From a virus: a stretch of 64,000 nt of DNA. A program made the position numbers and the translations under genes. Below the pieces are notes generated by a model. The model did not search any database and was not told where the DNA came from. It was given only the letters and a program-made list of their open reading frames with translations. The stretch lies in the IMG/VR virus record IMGVR_UViG_3300035696_000001; one strand, written 5' to 3'. Positions within the stretch are counted from its first letter, which is position 1. Every line of letters begins with the position of its first letter. Positions 17,586 to 26,458 of this stretch are shown in pieces.

Positions 17586-18223
17586 AGTATGCCTTTCGCC
17601 TTTTCGTGCACGGCATACAGGTTTGCCCTGTCACGTAGGTTCGTCAAAGAATTCCGTTCGTGGTTGTGACAGGTGATGACGTCGTTGTCGGGCTGGGGGC
17701 CTACCATTGTTCCCCTGTCAGTGCCGATCCTGTACCGGGGATCATGGAACGGTAGGATTCCGGCTTGCCTGAGCACGTAGCGCACCCACCAATCCTCAGC
17801 GCCGGAGCAAGCCGCAATTTCCCCCCTCGCCAAGAGCGCCTCCATCGCCCTGCGGCTGAGCCAATATCCCGTTCCGCCAAAGACGCTGTCGTCCCCCTGT
17901 ACGAATCCCGAATAGTCGTGCCTCTCAAAGCCCGAGGCGAGAAGGCGCGGGACGTGGACGTAGGTGTCCGTATCGCACCGGAACAGGTTGTCGTAGCCGT
18001 TCGCGAGCGCCCACGAAATTGACCCGAGTATTTTCAGACGAAGCTCAGAGCCGCCGCCATCGGGCACGTCCAAGAAGGTCTCGTCTGCTTCCGCATCCGG
18101 CTCCTTGGGGACTCCCAAAAAGAACCTGGTGTCCGCAGCCGGGGCGCTCAGCCACGTGTCACGGATTTGCGCATGGCACCAGCGGTCGCGATGGCAACTC
18201 TCTATGGCGATGAGGGGTTTCAC
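17582..18223 (-). CDS. Fringe-like glycosyltransferase, paralog 2
   Basis: GTG start in a GTGA overlap. VKPLIAIESCHRD..IRDTW and CDTDTYV. Confidence 0.55.
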   Translation of the reverse strand: MKPLIAIESCHRDRWCHAQIRDTWLSAPAADTRFFLGVPKEPDAEADETFLDVPDGGGSELRLKILGSISWALANGYDNLFRCDTDTYVHVPRLLASGFERHDYSGFVQGDDSVFGGTGYWLSRRAMEALLARGEIAACSGAEDWWVRYVLRQAGILPFHDPRYRIGTDRGTMVGPQPDNDVITCHNHERNSLTNLRDRANLYAVHEKAKGIL

Positions 18224-18930
18224 AGCGCACCCGCCGAGAGTTGGTGCGCCCTGTACATCATGCTCGGGTTGTAGGCACCCGTGCCGCAGCCGAGGTGTAC
18301 GCTGATCCCGTCGTATCCGTAGAGTTGGAGACGGTCGCCCTTGAACAGGTAACGGGGGTCGTGGTAGCCGTGCATCCCCAAGGGAAGCAGGATATTTGGA
18401 ATCCAAAGGTCTTCGGCTGGGTTGCCCTTGTTGTCGAGCCGCCTCCAGTCTAAGGGTGCGGCAACGATGGCTTCCATTGCGCGTTTGCTAGTCCAATAGC
18501 CGCATCCCCCCGAACAATAGGGGTAGACCCCTCGGGGATCGCAGTACTCGCTCAGGGTTTGCCCGTCCGCTGGCAGATAGCCTTCCTGCGGATGCAGGGG
18601 AAAGTGGCCCACGTAGTCACTCCGGTCAAAGCCGGAGACGAGCAGACGTCTCGGCGACAGGTAGGTGTCGCGGTCAGCCTTGAACACCCATTCATATTCG
18701 TGCTCAAGCGCCCATTTCCGTATGGCTTGCGACTTTTCCGGCAGGTGGGGGTAGTCATCCGGCACGTCAAGACGCTCCTCGTCGGGGAGCAGCGTCCGGC
18801 TGCCTTGCCCCACGAATATCTTGTAGTCCAGCCCCGGCACCATGTGCTGCATCCACGTGCGCCGCATGGCGTCGTGGCAGCCGTTTGCCGCGTCGCGCTC
18901 GCAACTCATCACGCCTATGAGAATTTTCAC
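18220..18930 (-). CDS. Fringe-like glycosyltransferase, paralog 3
   Basis: GTG start in a GTGA overlap. VKILIGVMSCERD..MRRTW and ADRDTYL. Confidence 0.55.
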   Translation of the reverse strand: MKILIGVMSCERDAANGCHDAMRRTWMQHMVPGLDYKIFVGQGSRTLLPDEERLDVPDDYPHLPEKSQAIRKWALEHEYEWVFKADRDTYLSPRRLLVSGFDRSDYVGHFPLHPQEGYLPADGQTLSEYCDPRGVYPYCSGGCGYWTSKRAMEAIVAAPLDWRRLDNKGNPAEDLWIPNILLPLGMHGYHDPRYLFKGDRLQLYGYDGISVHLGCGTGAYNPSMMYRAHQLSAGAL

Positions 18931-19676
18931 GCCCCCACCCAATCCTTGATGCCCTCTTTCCTCAGCATAATCGTGTGCCCTGCTGCGAAAGCCCGCCTGC
19001 GGAACCGCCCGTAGCGGGGGTCCTGCACGTCCGCCCCGGTGCCCAGCTTGAACGTGTCCACGCTCCAGCCGGGCAGCCACACCGTGACCCTGCCCGCCTT
19101 CTTCATGTGCCAGAAGAACTGCCCGTGCTCCCCGCCTATGGGGCGGACCTCCTCGTCCCACGGCACCCCGCGCAGCGTCGATGCGCGTGCGAGGAACGCG
19201 TTCACCACGAGGTCGCACCGCTGGTAGGGCGACCCGTCCGGCACCAGGCGGATTTCGCGGATCACATTCTTTTCGGCGTCAAAAACAAGATTTGATTCGT
19301 ACGGGTTGCCGTCCACGCGCCCGCCCACCAAGTCGATTTCGGGGTGCGTGTCGAGGATGTCGGCGGCTTTGGTCAAGCTTTCTTTGAACCCTTTGGTCGC
19401 GAAGTCGAAGTCGTCAGCGCCGCAGTACCAGTAAGGCGTCTCGCACAGGAGCACGCCACGGTTGCGCTTCGCCGTCAAGCCCGAGTCGAACGGCAACCAA
19501 GCCCACTGGGTGTTGAGCATGGGCGCACGCGGAGTCAAGTCCATGCCGCTCCCGCTGTCGTCCACGACGATCACTTGGCATTCCGGCAAGCTCATGCGGA
19601 CGCTGTCGAGGCACGCCCGCAGATAGCCCGGACGTAAGAAGGAGGATATAAACACTGAAATTTCATTAAGTGGCAT
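18927..19676 (-). CDS. GT2-family glycosyltransferase
   Basis: ISVFISSF, VVDDSGSG and GLTAKRNRG GT-A motifs. Confidence 0.65.
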   Translation of the reverse strand: MPLNEISVFISSFLRPGYLRACLDSVRMSLPECQVIVVDDSGSGMDLTPRAPMLNTQWAWLPFDSGLTAKRNRGVLLCETPYWYCGADDFDFATKGFKESLTKAADILDTHPEIDLVGGRVDGNPYESNLVFDAEKNVIREIRLVPDGSPYQRCDLVVNAFLARASTLRGVPWDEEVRPIGGEHGQFFWHMKKAGRVTVWLPGWSVDTFKLGTGADVQDPRYGRFRRRAFAAGHTIMLRKEGIKDWVGA

Positions 19677-19809
19677 GTGCCCTCACTTTCTTTTCGCGGT
19701 AACGGCGTGCTTTCTCTGCTCCAGTCAACGGTCTCTCACCTATGCGACGATAAGTACGGTGTCCTCCTATCCTCGCGGAGCCACATGTACGTGTAGTAGA
19801 CCTTGTCCA

Positions 19810-20481
19810 TCACAAATCTCCCCCCACCAACTGCTGGATGGTCTCGAACGGAACCGGCTTGTATTCGTTGCTGGTAAAGTTTTTTCGGCAGGCGTTCGTG
19901 TCGTGTATGCTGGCAATGACGAGCTTGGGGTCGAACAAATCCAATTTCGCCTCGGCAGGCAGTTTCCTCTGCAAATTATAGTCGGCACCCGCAACGATAT
20001 GGTCGAACTTGTTCTGCTCCCAGACGGATTTCCGAAACGCAATAGCCCCCAGCCAGCCGATGGACTTCGGGCTGGTGTACTGCCATGCCTTCTGCATGTC
20101 CTTCCGGTAGTAGTACAACGTGGACGTGCCCGTCATCTGCACCTGCTGCCGGTCGATCATGGGCTGTATCTGGCGTGCAAGGCGGTCTGTTGAATAGACG
20201 TCGTCATCGTCCCAAACGAGGAGAAAAGCCCCAGACGCCAGTTCGATGCATTGGTTGAGTTTGATCCCATGGTTGTAAACGTTCGATTGCCATGTGTACT
20301 TGATCCTCGGGTCATCCGGCAGCAGGGGCTTGACCGGCTCGGTCGAATCGTCAAGTATCAAAAGCTCCACGACCCAGTCAGCGGGGTACTGCTGCGCCTG
20401 AAAGCAGCGGATCGCACGCGGGATGAACCCACAGCGGTTGCGCGTGGGCATTAACGCTGATACGATTAAGGGGCTAGGCAT
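19810..20481 (-). CDS. GT2-family glycosyltransferase
   Basis: VSALMPTRNR and LVWDDDDV. First gene of the island, 133-bp gap to the next gene. Confidence 0.65.
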   Translation of the reverse strand: MPSPLIVSALMPTRNRCGFIPRAIRCFQAQQYPADWVVELLILDDSTEPVKPLLPDDPRIKYTWQSNVYNHGIKLNQCIELASGAFLLVWDDDDVYSTDRLARQIQPMIDRQQVQMTGTSTLYYYRKDMQKAWQYTSPKSIGWLGAIAFRKSVWEQNKFDHIVAGADYNLQRKLPAEAKLDLFDPKLVIASIHDTNACRKNFTSNEYKPVPFETIQQLVGGDL

Positions 20482-20667
20482 GGCATAACTCGCAGTTTGG
20501 GTTGGCCACCAACCCCACGGGCTTGCCGTCCACGAAGACTTCGTATGTTCTGCCGGACACCTCGGGCATTCGAATTTCCCCCTACTTAAAATACGAAAAA
20601 CCAGTAGATTGCCGGGCGTCGGGCTGGTATGCTAGGGATATTATGGTAAGGATCAAGGAGCCTGCCA
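20482..20667. promoter_or_regulatory. Divergent intergenic control region with inverted repeat CTACT-N16-AGTAG (20582..20607)
   Basis: Strand-switch point between the minus-strand glycan island and the plus-strand block. Lower GC; TATTAT and TATGCT -10-like hexamers. Carries the SD and ATG of 20668. Confidence 0.3.
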
Positions 20668-21495
20668 ATGCGAAAGGGAAGTAAGCCAGCCCTGATCTAC
20701 GACGATGCCCGCAAAGGGGCGGACGGTAAGCCGCTGCTCTTGGGCGTCGATCTTTCCTCGGATTTCTGCGCCGAGCACGAATGGGGCATCGCGGGCATCA
20801 AGAGAGCGTTCGGCCTCCTCGACGATCTGAAGGTTTACGGCCTGTGGCGGCGCATCATCACCCGCGTGCCCAAAGGCTTTGCGTGGGTGAAGTTCACATC
20901 CAAGTATTACGTCTCCAGACTAGACGTCGAGCGGGGGCTTGCCAAAAAGGTCGGGGACGTCGAAATCCAAAACGAAGGCTTCGTGTACCATAGCTGGTAC
21001 TGCGAGGAGCCGGAAAAGCTCGCCTTGAACTCCGAACTGTACGGCACCAGCCTGCGCGGCGCATGGTCTGAGGACGACTTTGCCGCAGTGTCGAGCAAGC
21101 CGGAGGAGATCGCAGCCCTGCGGGAAATCTTCGCTGAATTTGAAAAGCAGAACATTGCTTTCTGCTTCTCGGGCACGCTGCCAGTCTTTGAGAACGCCGG
21201 TCTCGTCTTCGCCATCGCCGACCGCCTGCCGGAAGGCGTCACCGAGAACTGGGACAAGCACGACCGCGACCGGGAACAGATCGATAAGGAGTTCGAGGCG
21301 ACGGGGATCGAGAAGCTTTTGGCCGATTCCGGCAAGAGGTACTACGCCCTCTCGCCCAGCCGCCAGAAGGACGGCAGCCTGCACTATTGGCTCAACCCCA
21401 TGGAGCAGCAGCAGAACAACTACGGCTGGTTCACGCTCGAAGACCTGCAAGCGTGGGCACGCGGCGAGGGTCCGATCCCGATGAAACAAAAGTAG
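20668..21495 (+). CDS. Hypothetical protein
   Basis: 275-aa ORF with AGGAG upstream. No motif recognised. Confidence 0.5.
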   Translation: MRKGSKPALIYDDARKGADGKPLLLGVDLSSDFCAEHEWGIAGIKRAFGLLDDLKVYGLWRRIITRVPKGFAWVKFTSKYYVSRLDVERGLAKKVGDVEIQNEGFVYHSWYCEEPEKLALNSELYGTSLRGAWSEDDFAAVSSKPEEIAALREIFAEFEKQNIAFCFSGTLPVFENAGLVFAIADRLPEGVTENWDKHDRDREQIDKEFEATGIEKLLADSGKRYYALSPSRQKDGSLHYWLNPMEQQQNNYGWFTLEDLQAWARGEGPIPMKQK

Positions 21496-21512
21496 CTCAG
21501 TATTAAGTCGAT

Positions 21513-21899
21513 GTGAAGCCATCGACTATCGTTGAAGCGATCCGCGCTCAACTCGGACCGCACCTCGTAAAGCCTAACTACAGAAAGTCCATTCCGAGGA
21601 ATGCCGCGCCTTCTTGGGGTTGCTGCTACGTCGCACATGAAGCCCTTTACCACCTATGGGGCAAGGAGAACGGCTTCACGCCTGTTCGCGTTCCCTATAG
21701 GGTCAGCCGCACCATGACCGGGCAGCATTGGTTCCTTGAGCACCGCCCCTCGGGGCTTCAGGTGGACATCACGGCAGACCAGTTCACGAGCCGGATGCCG
21801 GACTACGAGAAAGCGGTGCCCTGCGGGTTCATGACCAAGAAGCCCTCCAAGCGTGCCCAGCGGATCATTGACGTCGTCCGCAAAAACCTCTCAATTTAG
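21513..21899 (+). CDS. Hypothetical protein
   Basis: 128-aa ORF with coding-like composition. Confidence 0.4.
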   Translation: MKPSTIVEAIRAQLGPHLVKPNYRKSIPRNAAPSWGCCYVAHEALYHLWGKENGFTPVRVPYRVSRTMTGQHWFLEHRPSGLQVDITADQFTSRMPDYEKAVPCGFMTKKPSKRAQRIIDVVRKNLSI

Positions 21900-22444
21900 G
21901 ATTTTCCGTGCTCTTTATTTTCGTGGCGTTTTACCCAGTTGCAGTTAGCGCACAATACTTGGTACATCTGGCTTCTTTCGGGATCGGCAACGGCTTTCTT
22001 GTAGTCGTTATAGGCACCTCCTGCTTCTCGCCGAGTTTTATGGCCTCCCCCATGCTTGTGGTCTACCTGTAAACAGCGGAGGTCAGTGCATCCTTTCGTG
22101 CCATCATCGTTGACCCAATGGCAATTCGGGTCGGAACACCGACCGCCTAAAAGTCTTATAAGTTCTGTGTGTAGGCGCTTATTCCCTGACCAAAATTTTT
22201 CCAGATTTATAGGCTTTTTGGGGCAGGTTTCAGTGAATATCCACGGCTGAAAAGCCCCGGTTTTCCATGCTTCATAGTAGCATTTCCGGCATAGTCCTCT
22301 GGCTATTTTTGGCTGGTGAGTGCAAACAAATCTCATTCCGCTAAATACTGAAATCGCTAGTTGACACGAATTCCCTAAATATGTAGTATCAATAACAGAG
22401 AGACTTTGACGGAGACGTTTTCCCTGCGTTTGCAGGGCGGACAT
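21896..22444 (-). CDS. HNH endonuclease (zinc-ribbon type), homing-endonuclease-like
   Basis: VDHKHGGGHK...LCANCNWVKRH with CxxC pairs. Lone minus-strand gene in a plus-strand block, in a lower-GC island. Confidence 0.65.
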   Translation of the reverse strand: MSALQTQGKRLRQSLSVIDTTYLGNSCQLAISVFSGMRFVCTHQPKIARGLCRKCYYEAWKTGAFQPWIFTETCPKKPINLEKFWSGNKRLHTELIRLLGGRCSDPNCHWVNDDGTKGCTDLRCLQVDHKHGGGHKTRREAGGAYNDYKKAVADPERSQMYQVLCANCNWVKRHENKEHGKS

Positions 22445-22479
22445 CCCCCTCTTAGCAAACAGTTTTGATTTGGTTGTCG

Positions 22480-22700
22480 TGCAGCGGTGTTTGGCTGACG
22501 GTTACTTCTTACCTAGAAAATGTCCTTGCCCGCAAGGGCAGGACATGGGGAAACCCTCTCCGTTGCCTCTTGTTCCCTGCCGACAGTTTTCCAGCGCGGC
22601 GGTTTTTGGTTGCGGTTACTTCTGCCTGTAAAGCAGACGAGCGGGGTCCGAATCCCCGGCGACCCGCGAGGGTCGAGGCTTGGGCCTAGTCAAAATACCG
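22480..22700 (+). ncRNA. Candidate Y RNA (YrlA-like) with tRNA-like module, upstream of rsr
   Basis: 300-bp ORF-poor gap before the Ro60 gene. Hairpin with GCAA tetraloop (22521..22546). GGGG-TCCGAAT-CCCC T-arm-like hairpin at 22642..22658 containing GGTCCGA (22645..22651), which is identical to the conserved Ro-binding 5' strand of Y RNAs. CUAGUC 3'-strand-like element at 22686. Boundaries and strand not determined. Confidence 0.35.
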
Positions 22701-22749
22701 AGGCCTATTGTTCCCCGCGCCTAAATTTCTAGCTCAAAAGAGGTGAACC

Positions 22750-24174
22750 ATGGCATCACTCAACGCTGCAACCCGTACCGCAAAGACCCCGCTCCGCACC
22801 GCCGAGGGCGGCAGGGCGGTCGGCATCGGCAAGGTCGCGCAGCTTCAGCGCCTGCTGAACGCCTGCCTCCTGTGGGAGGACAACTTCTACTCGGACGGCA
22901 AGAGCGTCGCCGACCTCATGCGCGAGCTTGTGCGCGAAGTCCCAGCCGAGAAGGTCGCGGAGCTTGCGATCAAGGCCCGCGAGGAGCAGAAGCTCCGCCA
23001 TGCCCCGCTGCTCATCGTCTACGAGATGACGCTCGCCTCGAAGGCTCACCGCGAGCTTGTCGGGGAGACGCTCACCCGCGTGATCCAGCGCCCGGACGAG
23101 ATCACCGAGTTCGTCGCCATCTACTACAAGCTCGGCGGCGGGAAGCGCCCGCTCTCGAAGCAGGTCAAGAAGGGCCTTGCCGCTGCCTTCAACAAGTTCA
23201 ACGAGTATGCGCTCGCAAAGTACAACCGCGACAAGGACGTCAAGCTCGCGGACGTGCTGGCGCTCGTCCACGCCAAGCCGAAGGACAGGGAGCAGGGCCT
23301 CCTCTTCGCGAAGCTTGCGAACAAGGACCGCCTGCCGAAGAAGACCAAGTTCGCGCAGTTCCCGGTGGCCGACACCTACCGCTCGCTCGCGAAGAACTTC
23401 AAGGGTCTGGAGACCCCGGACACTTGGGAGGTCGCGCTCTCTGGCGGCGCGGACAAGAAGGAGGCCTTCGAGCGCCTCATCCGCGAGGACAAGCTCGGCG
23501 GCCTCGCGATGATCCGCAACCTGCGCAACATGCAGGAGGCGGGCGTCTCCGACGCGGTCATCAAGCAGGGCCTTGCGCAGATGAACGCCGAGCGCGTGCT
23601 CCCGTTCCGCTTCATCGCGGCGGCGAAGTACGCCCCGAAGTTCGAGGCGCACCTTGAGGAGGCGATGTTCAAGTGCCTTGAGGGGCACCCGAAGCTGCCG
23701 GGCAAGACCGTGCTGCTCGTGGACGTTTCCGGCTCGATGGATCAGCATGTTTCCTCGAAGTCCGACCTGATGCGCGTGGACGCTGCCGTCGCCCTTGCGA
23801 TGCTCCTCCGCGAGGTCGGCGAGGACGTGGTCGTGTATTCGTTCTCGGAACGGGAAGTCCTCGTCCCGACCCGGCGCGGGTTCGCCCTCGCCGAGGCGAT
23901 CAAGGGGTCGCAGCCCCATTCGGGCACGTACCTCGGCCGCTCCGTGACCGCCGTTGCCCGCGCCGAGGGCGACGCCGACCGCGTCATCGCGATCTCGGAC
24001 GAGCAGGCGCACGACAACGTCTCGAACCCATTCCGCAAGACCGAGTCGAAGGCGTACATGATAAACGTGGCAAGCGAAGCTCACGGAGTCGGATACCGTA
24101 ATGGTTGGAATCACATCGATGGATGGTCTGAGGCTGTGGTAGACTACGTAGTTGCTGAAGAGGCAACAAAATAG
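22750..24174 (+). CDS. rsr: Ro60/Rsr ortholog (TROVE domain + vWA/MIDAS)
   Basis: N-terminal TROVE-like region (LLWEDNFYSDGKSVAD..HAPLLIVYEM). C-terminal vWA domain with the MIDAS motif VLLVDVSGSMD. The overlapping ORFs 22743..23657 and 22756..24114(-) are frame artefacts. Confidence 0.8.
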   Translation: MASLNAATRTAKTPLRTAEGGRAVGIGKVAQLQRLLNACLLWEDNFYSDGKSVADLMRELVREVPAEKVAELAIKAREEQKLRHAPLLIVYEMTLASKAHRELVGETLTRVIQRPDEITEFVAIYYKLGGGKRPLSKQVKKGLAAAFNKFNEYALAKYNRDKDVKLADVLALVHAKPKDREQGLLFAKLANKDRLPKKTKFAQFPVADTYRSLAKNFKGLETPDTWEVALSGGADKKEAFERLIREDKLGGLAMIRNLRNMQEAGVSDAVIKQGLAQMNAERVLPFRFIAAAKYAPKFEAHLEEAMFKCLEGHPKLPGKTVLLVDVSGSMDQHVSSKSDLMRVDAAVALAMLLREVGEDVVVYSFSEREVLVPTRRGFALAEAIKGSQPHSGTYLGRSVTAVARAEGDADRVIAISDEQAHDNVSNPFRKTESKAYMINVASEAHGVGYRNGWNHIDGWSEAVVDYVVAEEATK

Positions 24175-24239
24175 TTGATCTGTTTTATTCCGATAATCAA
24201 CCAGAAAAGCTAATTCAGCCCTCGTATTAGAGGGTTGAA

Positions 24240-24785
24240 ATGCTTGGTCAAAGGTTTGGACGTTACACGGTTATTGAGAAAGCGGGCTACCACACATCGC
24301 CCTGTGGGCAGAAGCAAGCGATGTGGAAATGTCGTTGTGACTGCGGTACGGTGAAGACTGTCATTGGTGCAGCGTTACGAAGGGGCAATACTAAGAGTTG
24401 CGGATGCTTAAAGCTTGAGTTACTTCCTTTGTATCGTTTCAAACTCCCAGAAGGGCACTCCATACGGAACAAAGTGCTAGGAACCTATAAACATAGCGCT
24501 AAAGTACGAAAACTGATATGGCAACTTACGGATGTACAATTTGACATTTTGACGCAACAAAATTGCCATTATTGCGGAACGGCTCCGACAACTGTGCGTC
24601 AGATCAAAAACCTGAACGGACCGTTCGTATACAACGGTATCGACCGGAAGAATAATTCAAAGGGGCACACCCCGGACAATGTGGTATCATGCTGCGAAGT
24701 TTGTAATAAGATGAAGCTGACGATGTCAATCGAAAAATTTTTGGCACATGTACAGCGAATCGTTGCTCATATTCCTAGCATCTAA
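24240..24785 (+). CDS. HNH homing endonuclease
   Basis: N-terminal FGRYTV..W.CRCDCG zinc-ribbon module. HYCGT...NGIDRKNNSKGHTPDNVVSCCEVCNKMK HNH motif. Paralogous to the N-terminus of 58246..59388. Lower-GC island. Confidence 0.65.
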   Translation: MLGQRFGRYTVIEKAGYHTSPCGQKQAMWKCRCDCGTVKTVIGAALRRGNTKSCGCLKLELLPLYRFKLPEGHSIRNKVLGTYKHSAKVRKLIWQLTDVQFDILTQQNCHYCGTAPTTVRQIKNLNGPFVYNGIDRKNNSKGHTPDNVVSCCEVCNKMKLTMSIEKFLAHVQRIVAHIPSI

Positions 24786-25268
24786 GCTGTGAGGAGACCG
24801 AAGTGGTGCATAAGCGCGTGTTCAAGGCGGTAAACCGGAAGATCGACGGCAAGACCACCGTTTCCTACAAGGAAGGCGCTGACGGCACGGGGGTCACCTT
24901 GCCGTCCACCTGCGGGTTCTGCAAGGATCGCCACGGCAACGTGACGTTCGCGTGCCGCTCGCGCAGGGAGCGGAACCGCCACGCGAACGAATGCTCGGAT
25001 CGCGGGTAAAATGGCACAGAATTGCCAACGCTGCGGAAGCTACAAGCATACGACGGACGACCACGACCGCCGCAAGTTCGGAAGGCGGCGGGTTCTGCGG
25101 ACGAAGCCGGTTAAAAAAATGAAGAAGTGAAGATTCAGCGGGCGGTGCCGGACGACCTGCACCCGTCAAAGTGCTCTCTAATCGTCCATGTTCCCCCGCT
25201 TGTCAGCATCAACGAGGCGTTCCCCTCGGCGCTTTTCTGGGGTACAATTGCGGATTGAGGATACCCTG

Positions 25269-25634
25269 ATGAAGCTGTCGGCATTATTAGCCTTGATTTT
25301 TCTAGCCTTGCCATTGTTGATGGCATCCCCAAAGCCCAAAAAGGGGCAGACACAGCCTGACCCGAAACGCATCGCCGAGATTCAGCAAGCTCTCGCCGAC
25401 CATGGCTACCCTTCAGGCAAAAATTGGAACGAGACAAGGGAAATCTGCCGCAAAATCGCCGACGACCATGGCTGGCAGAACATGTGGGCACCCGACGCCC
25501 GCGTGCTTTTCCTGTTGGGCCTAGCACCGAACCTCAGCTTGAACGCCGACGACCTGAAGCCCGGCAATACCGACGCGTACGAGCGCAAGTGGGTCGAAGA
25601 CCACGGCGGCGAGGCGGCGCGAGCAACACAATGA
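25269..25634 (+). CDS. Small secreted protein (signal peptide)
   Basis: Starts MKLSALLALIFLALPLLMASPKPKKG, consistent with a signal peptide. Confidence 0.4.
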   Translation: MKLSALLALIFLALPLLMASPKPKKGQTQPDPKRIAEIQQALADHGYPSGKNWNETREICRKIADDHGWQNMWAPDARVLFLLGLAPNLSLNADDLKPGNTDAYERKWVEDHGGEAARATQ

Positions 25635-26113
25635 GCGGTAAGAGAGTCGGATTCACGGGAACCCACAAGGGCGTAAGCGCCTTTCAGCTTGCGGCTTTGA
25701 CGAAGAAGCTGGAATCCTTGAAGGAAGAAGGCTTCAACGAATTCCATCACGGTCAGTGCGTCGGGGCCGACGAGCAAGCCGCGAGGATCGCGAAGAGTCT
25801 CGGCTACCGCGTGGTGGCGCATCCCGGTCTGGCGAAAGACCCGGCGAACCTGCTGTACCGCTCCGAGTGGGGCGGGAACGACGAGGTGCGGGAACCCAAG
25901 CCGTTCATCGAGCGCGACCGCGACATCGTGGACAAGACCGAGACGATGCTTGCGACGCCGCTGACTTACGAAGAGACGACCCGATCCGGGACTTGGAGCA
26001 CGGTGCGCTACGCGAGAAAGCAGGGGCGCGTGGAGGGGCAGACTCTTTACGTGATTCGTCCGCCGTGGATGCCGCCGAGGTGGACAGATGGGATGCTCAA
26101 GGAGCCACAATGA
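25631..26113 (+). CDS. Hypothetical protein (Rossmann-like GFTGTHKG...HHGQCVGADE)
   Basis: ATGA-coupled to the upstream gene. Function unknown. Confidence 0.4.
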   Translation: MSGKRVGFTGTHKGVSAFQLAALTKKLESLKEEGFNEFHHGQCVGADEQAARIAKSLGYRVVAHPGLAKDPANLLYRSEWGGNDEVREPKPFIERDRDIVDKTETMLATPLTYEETTRSGTWSTVRYARKQGRVEGQTLYVIRPPWMPPRWTDGMLKEPQ

Positions 26114-26451
26114 GCGCAGACAACGGAATTTACATTGCGGTATTTGCTGACGGTAAGCGGCGTGTGGCGCACTGCCAAGCAATCGACAACTGCTACTATC
26201 CTGACCAAGAAAACGCCGAGTCGATAGTTGACTACTTCGGCGACGCGCCGGAGTTTTCAACGGAGCAGGAAGCATGCGGGCATGCCATGCGCATGCTGCA
26301 CGAAATCATGGACAGCGATTTTCCCGTACTGGAATACGGAATTTCTGAACTGAGGTTCGCAAAAGCGTTCGCTGACTACCTTCACGAATGCGAACAAAAC
26401 TACACGGACAAGGCGATGAAGGTCGTTGATTCGAAAAAGCGTACGAGTTGA
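26110..26451 (+). CDS. Hypothetical protein
   Basis: ATGA-coupled, 113 aa. Confidence 0.4.
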   Translation: MSADNGIYIAVFADGKRRVAHCQAIDNCYYPDQENAESIVDYFGDAPEFSTEQEACGHAMRMLHEIMDSDFPVLEYGISELRFAKAFADYLHECEQNYTDKAMKVVDSKKRTS

Positions 26452-26458
26452 GGGGCTG

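Noticed and set aside
22642-22670. Possible tRNA gene (T-arm-like GGGG-TCCGAAT-CCCC)
   Set aside because: No matching 7-bp acceptor stem, D-arm or anticodon arm could be built around it, and there is no CCA or discriminator context. It is better explained as the tRNA-like or Ro-binding module of a Y RNA.
22743-24114. 304-aa plus ORF and 452-aa minus ORF overlapping the rsr gene
   Set aside because: They are alternative-frame artefacts, extremely R/A/G/P-rich. The 22750 frame carries the TROVE and MIDAS motifs.
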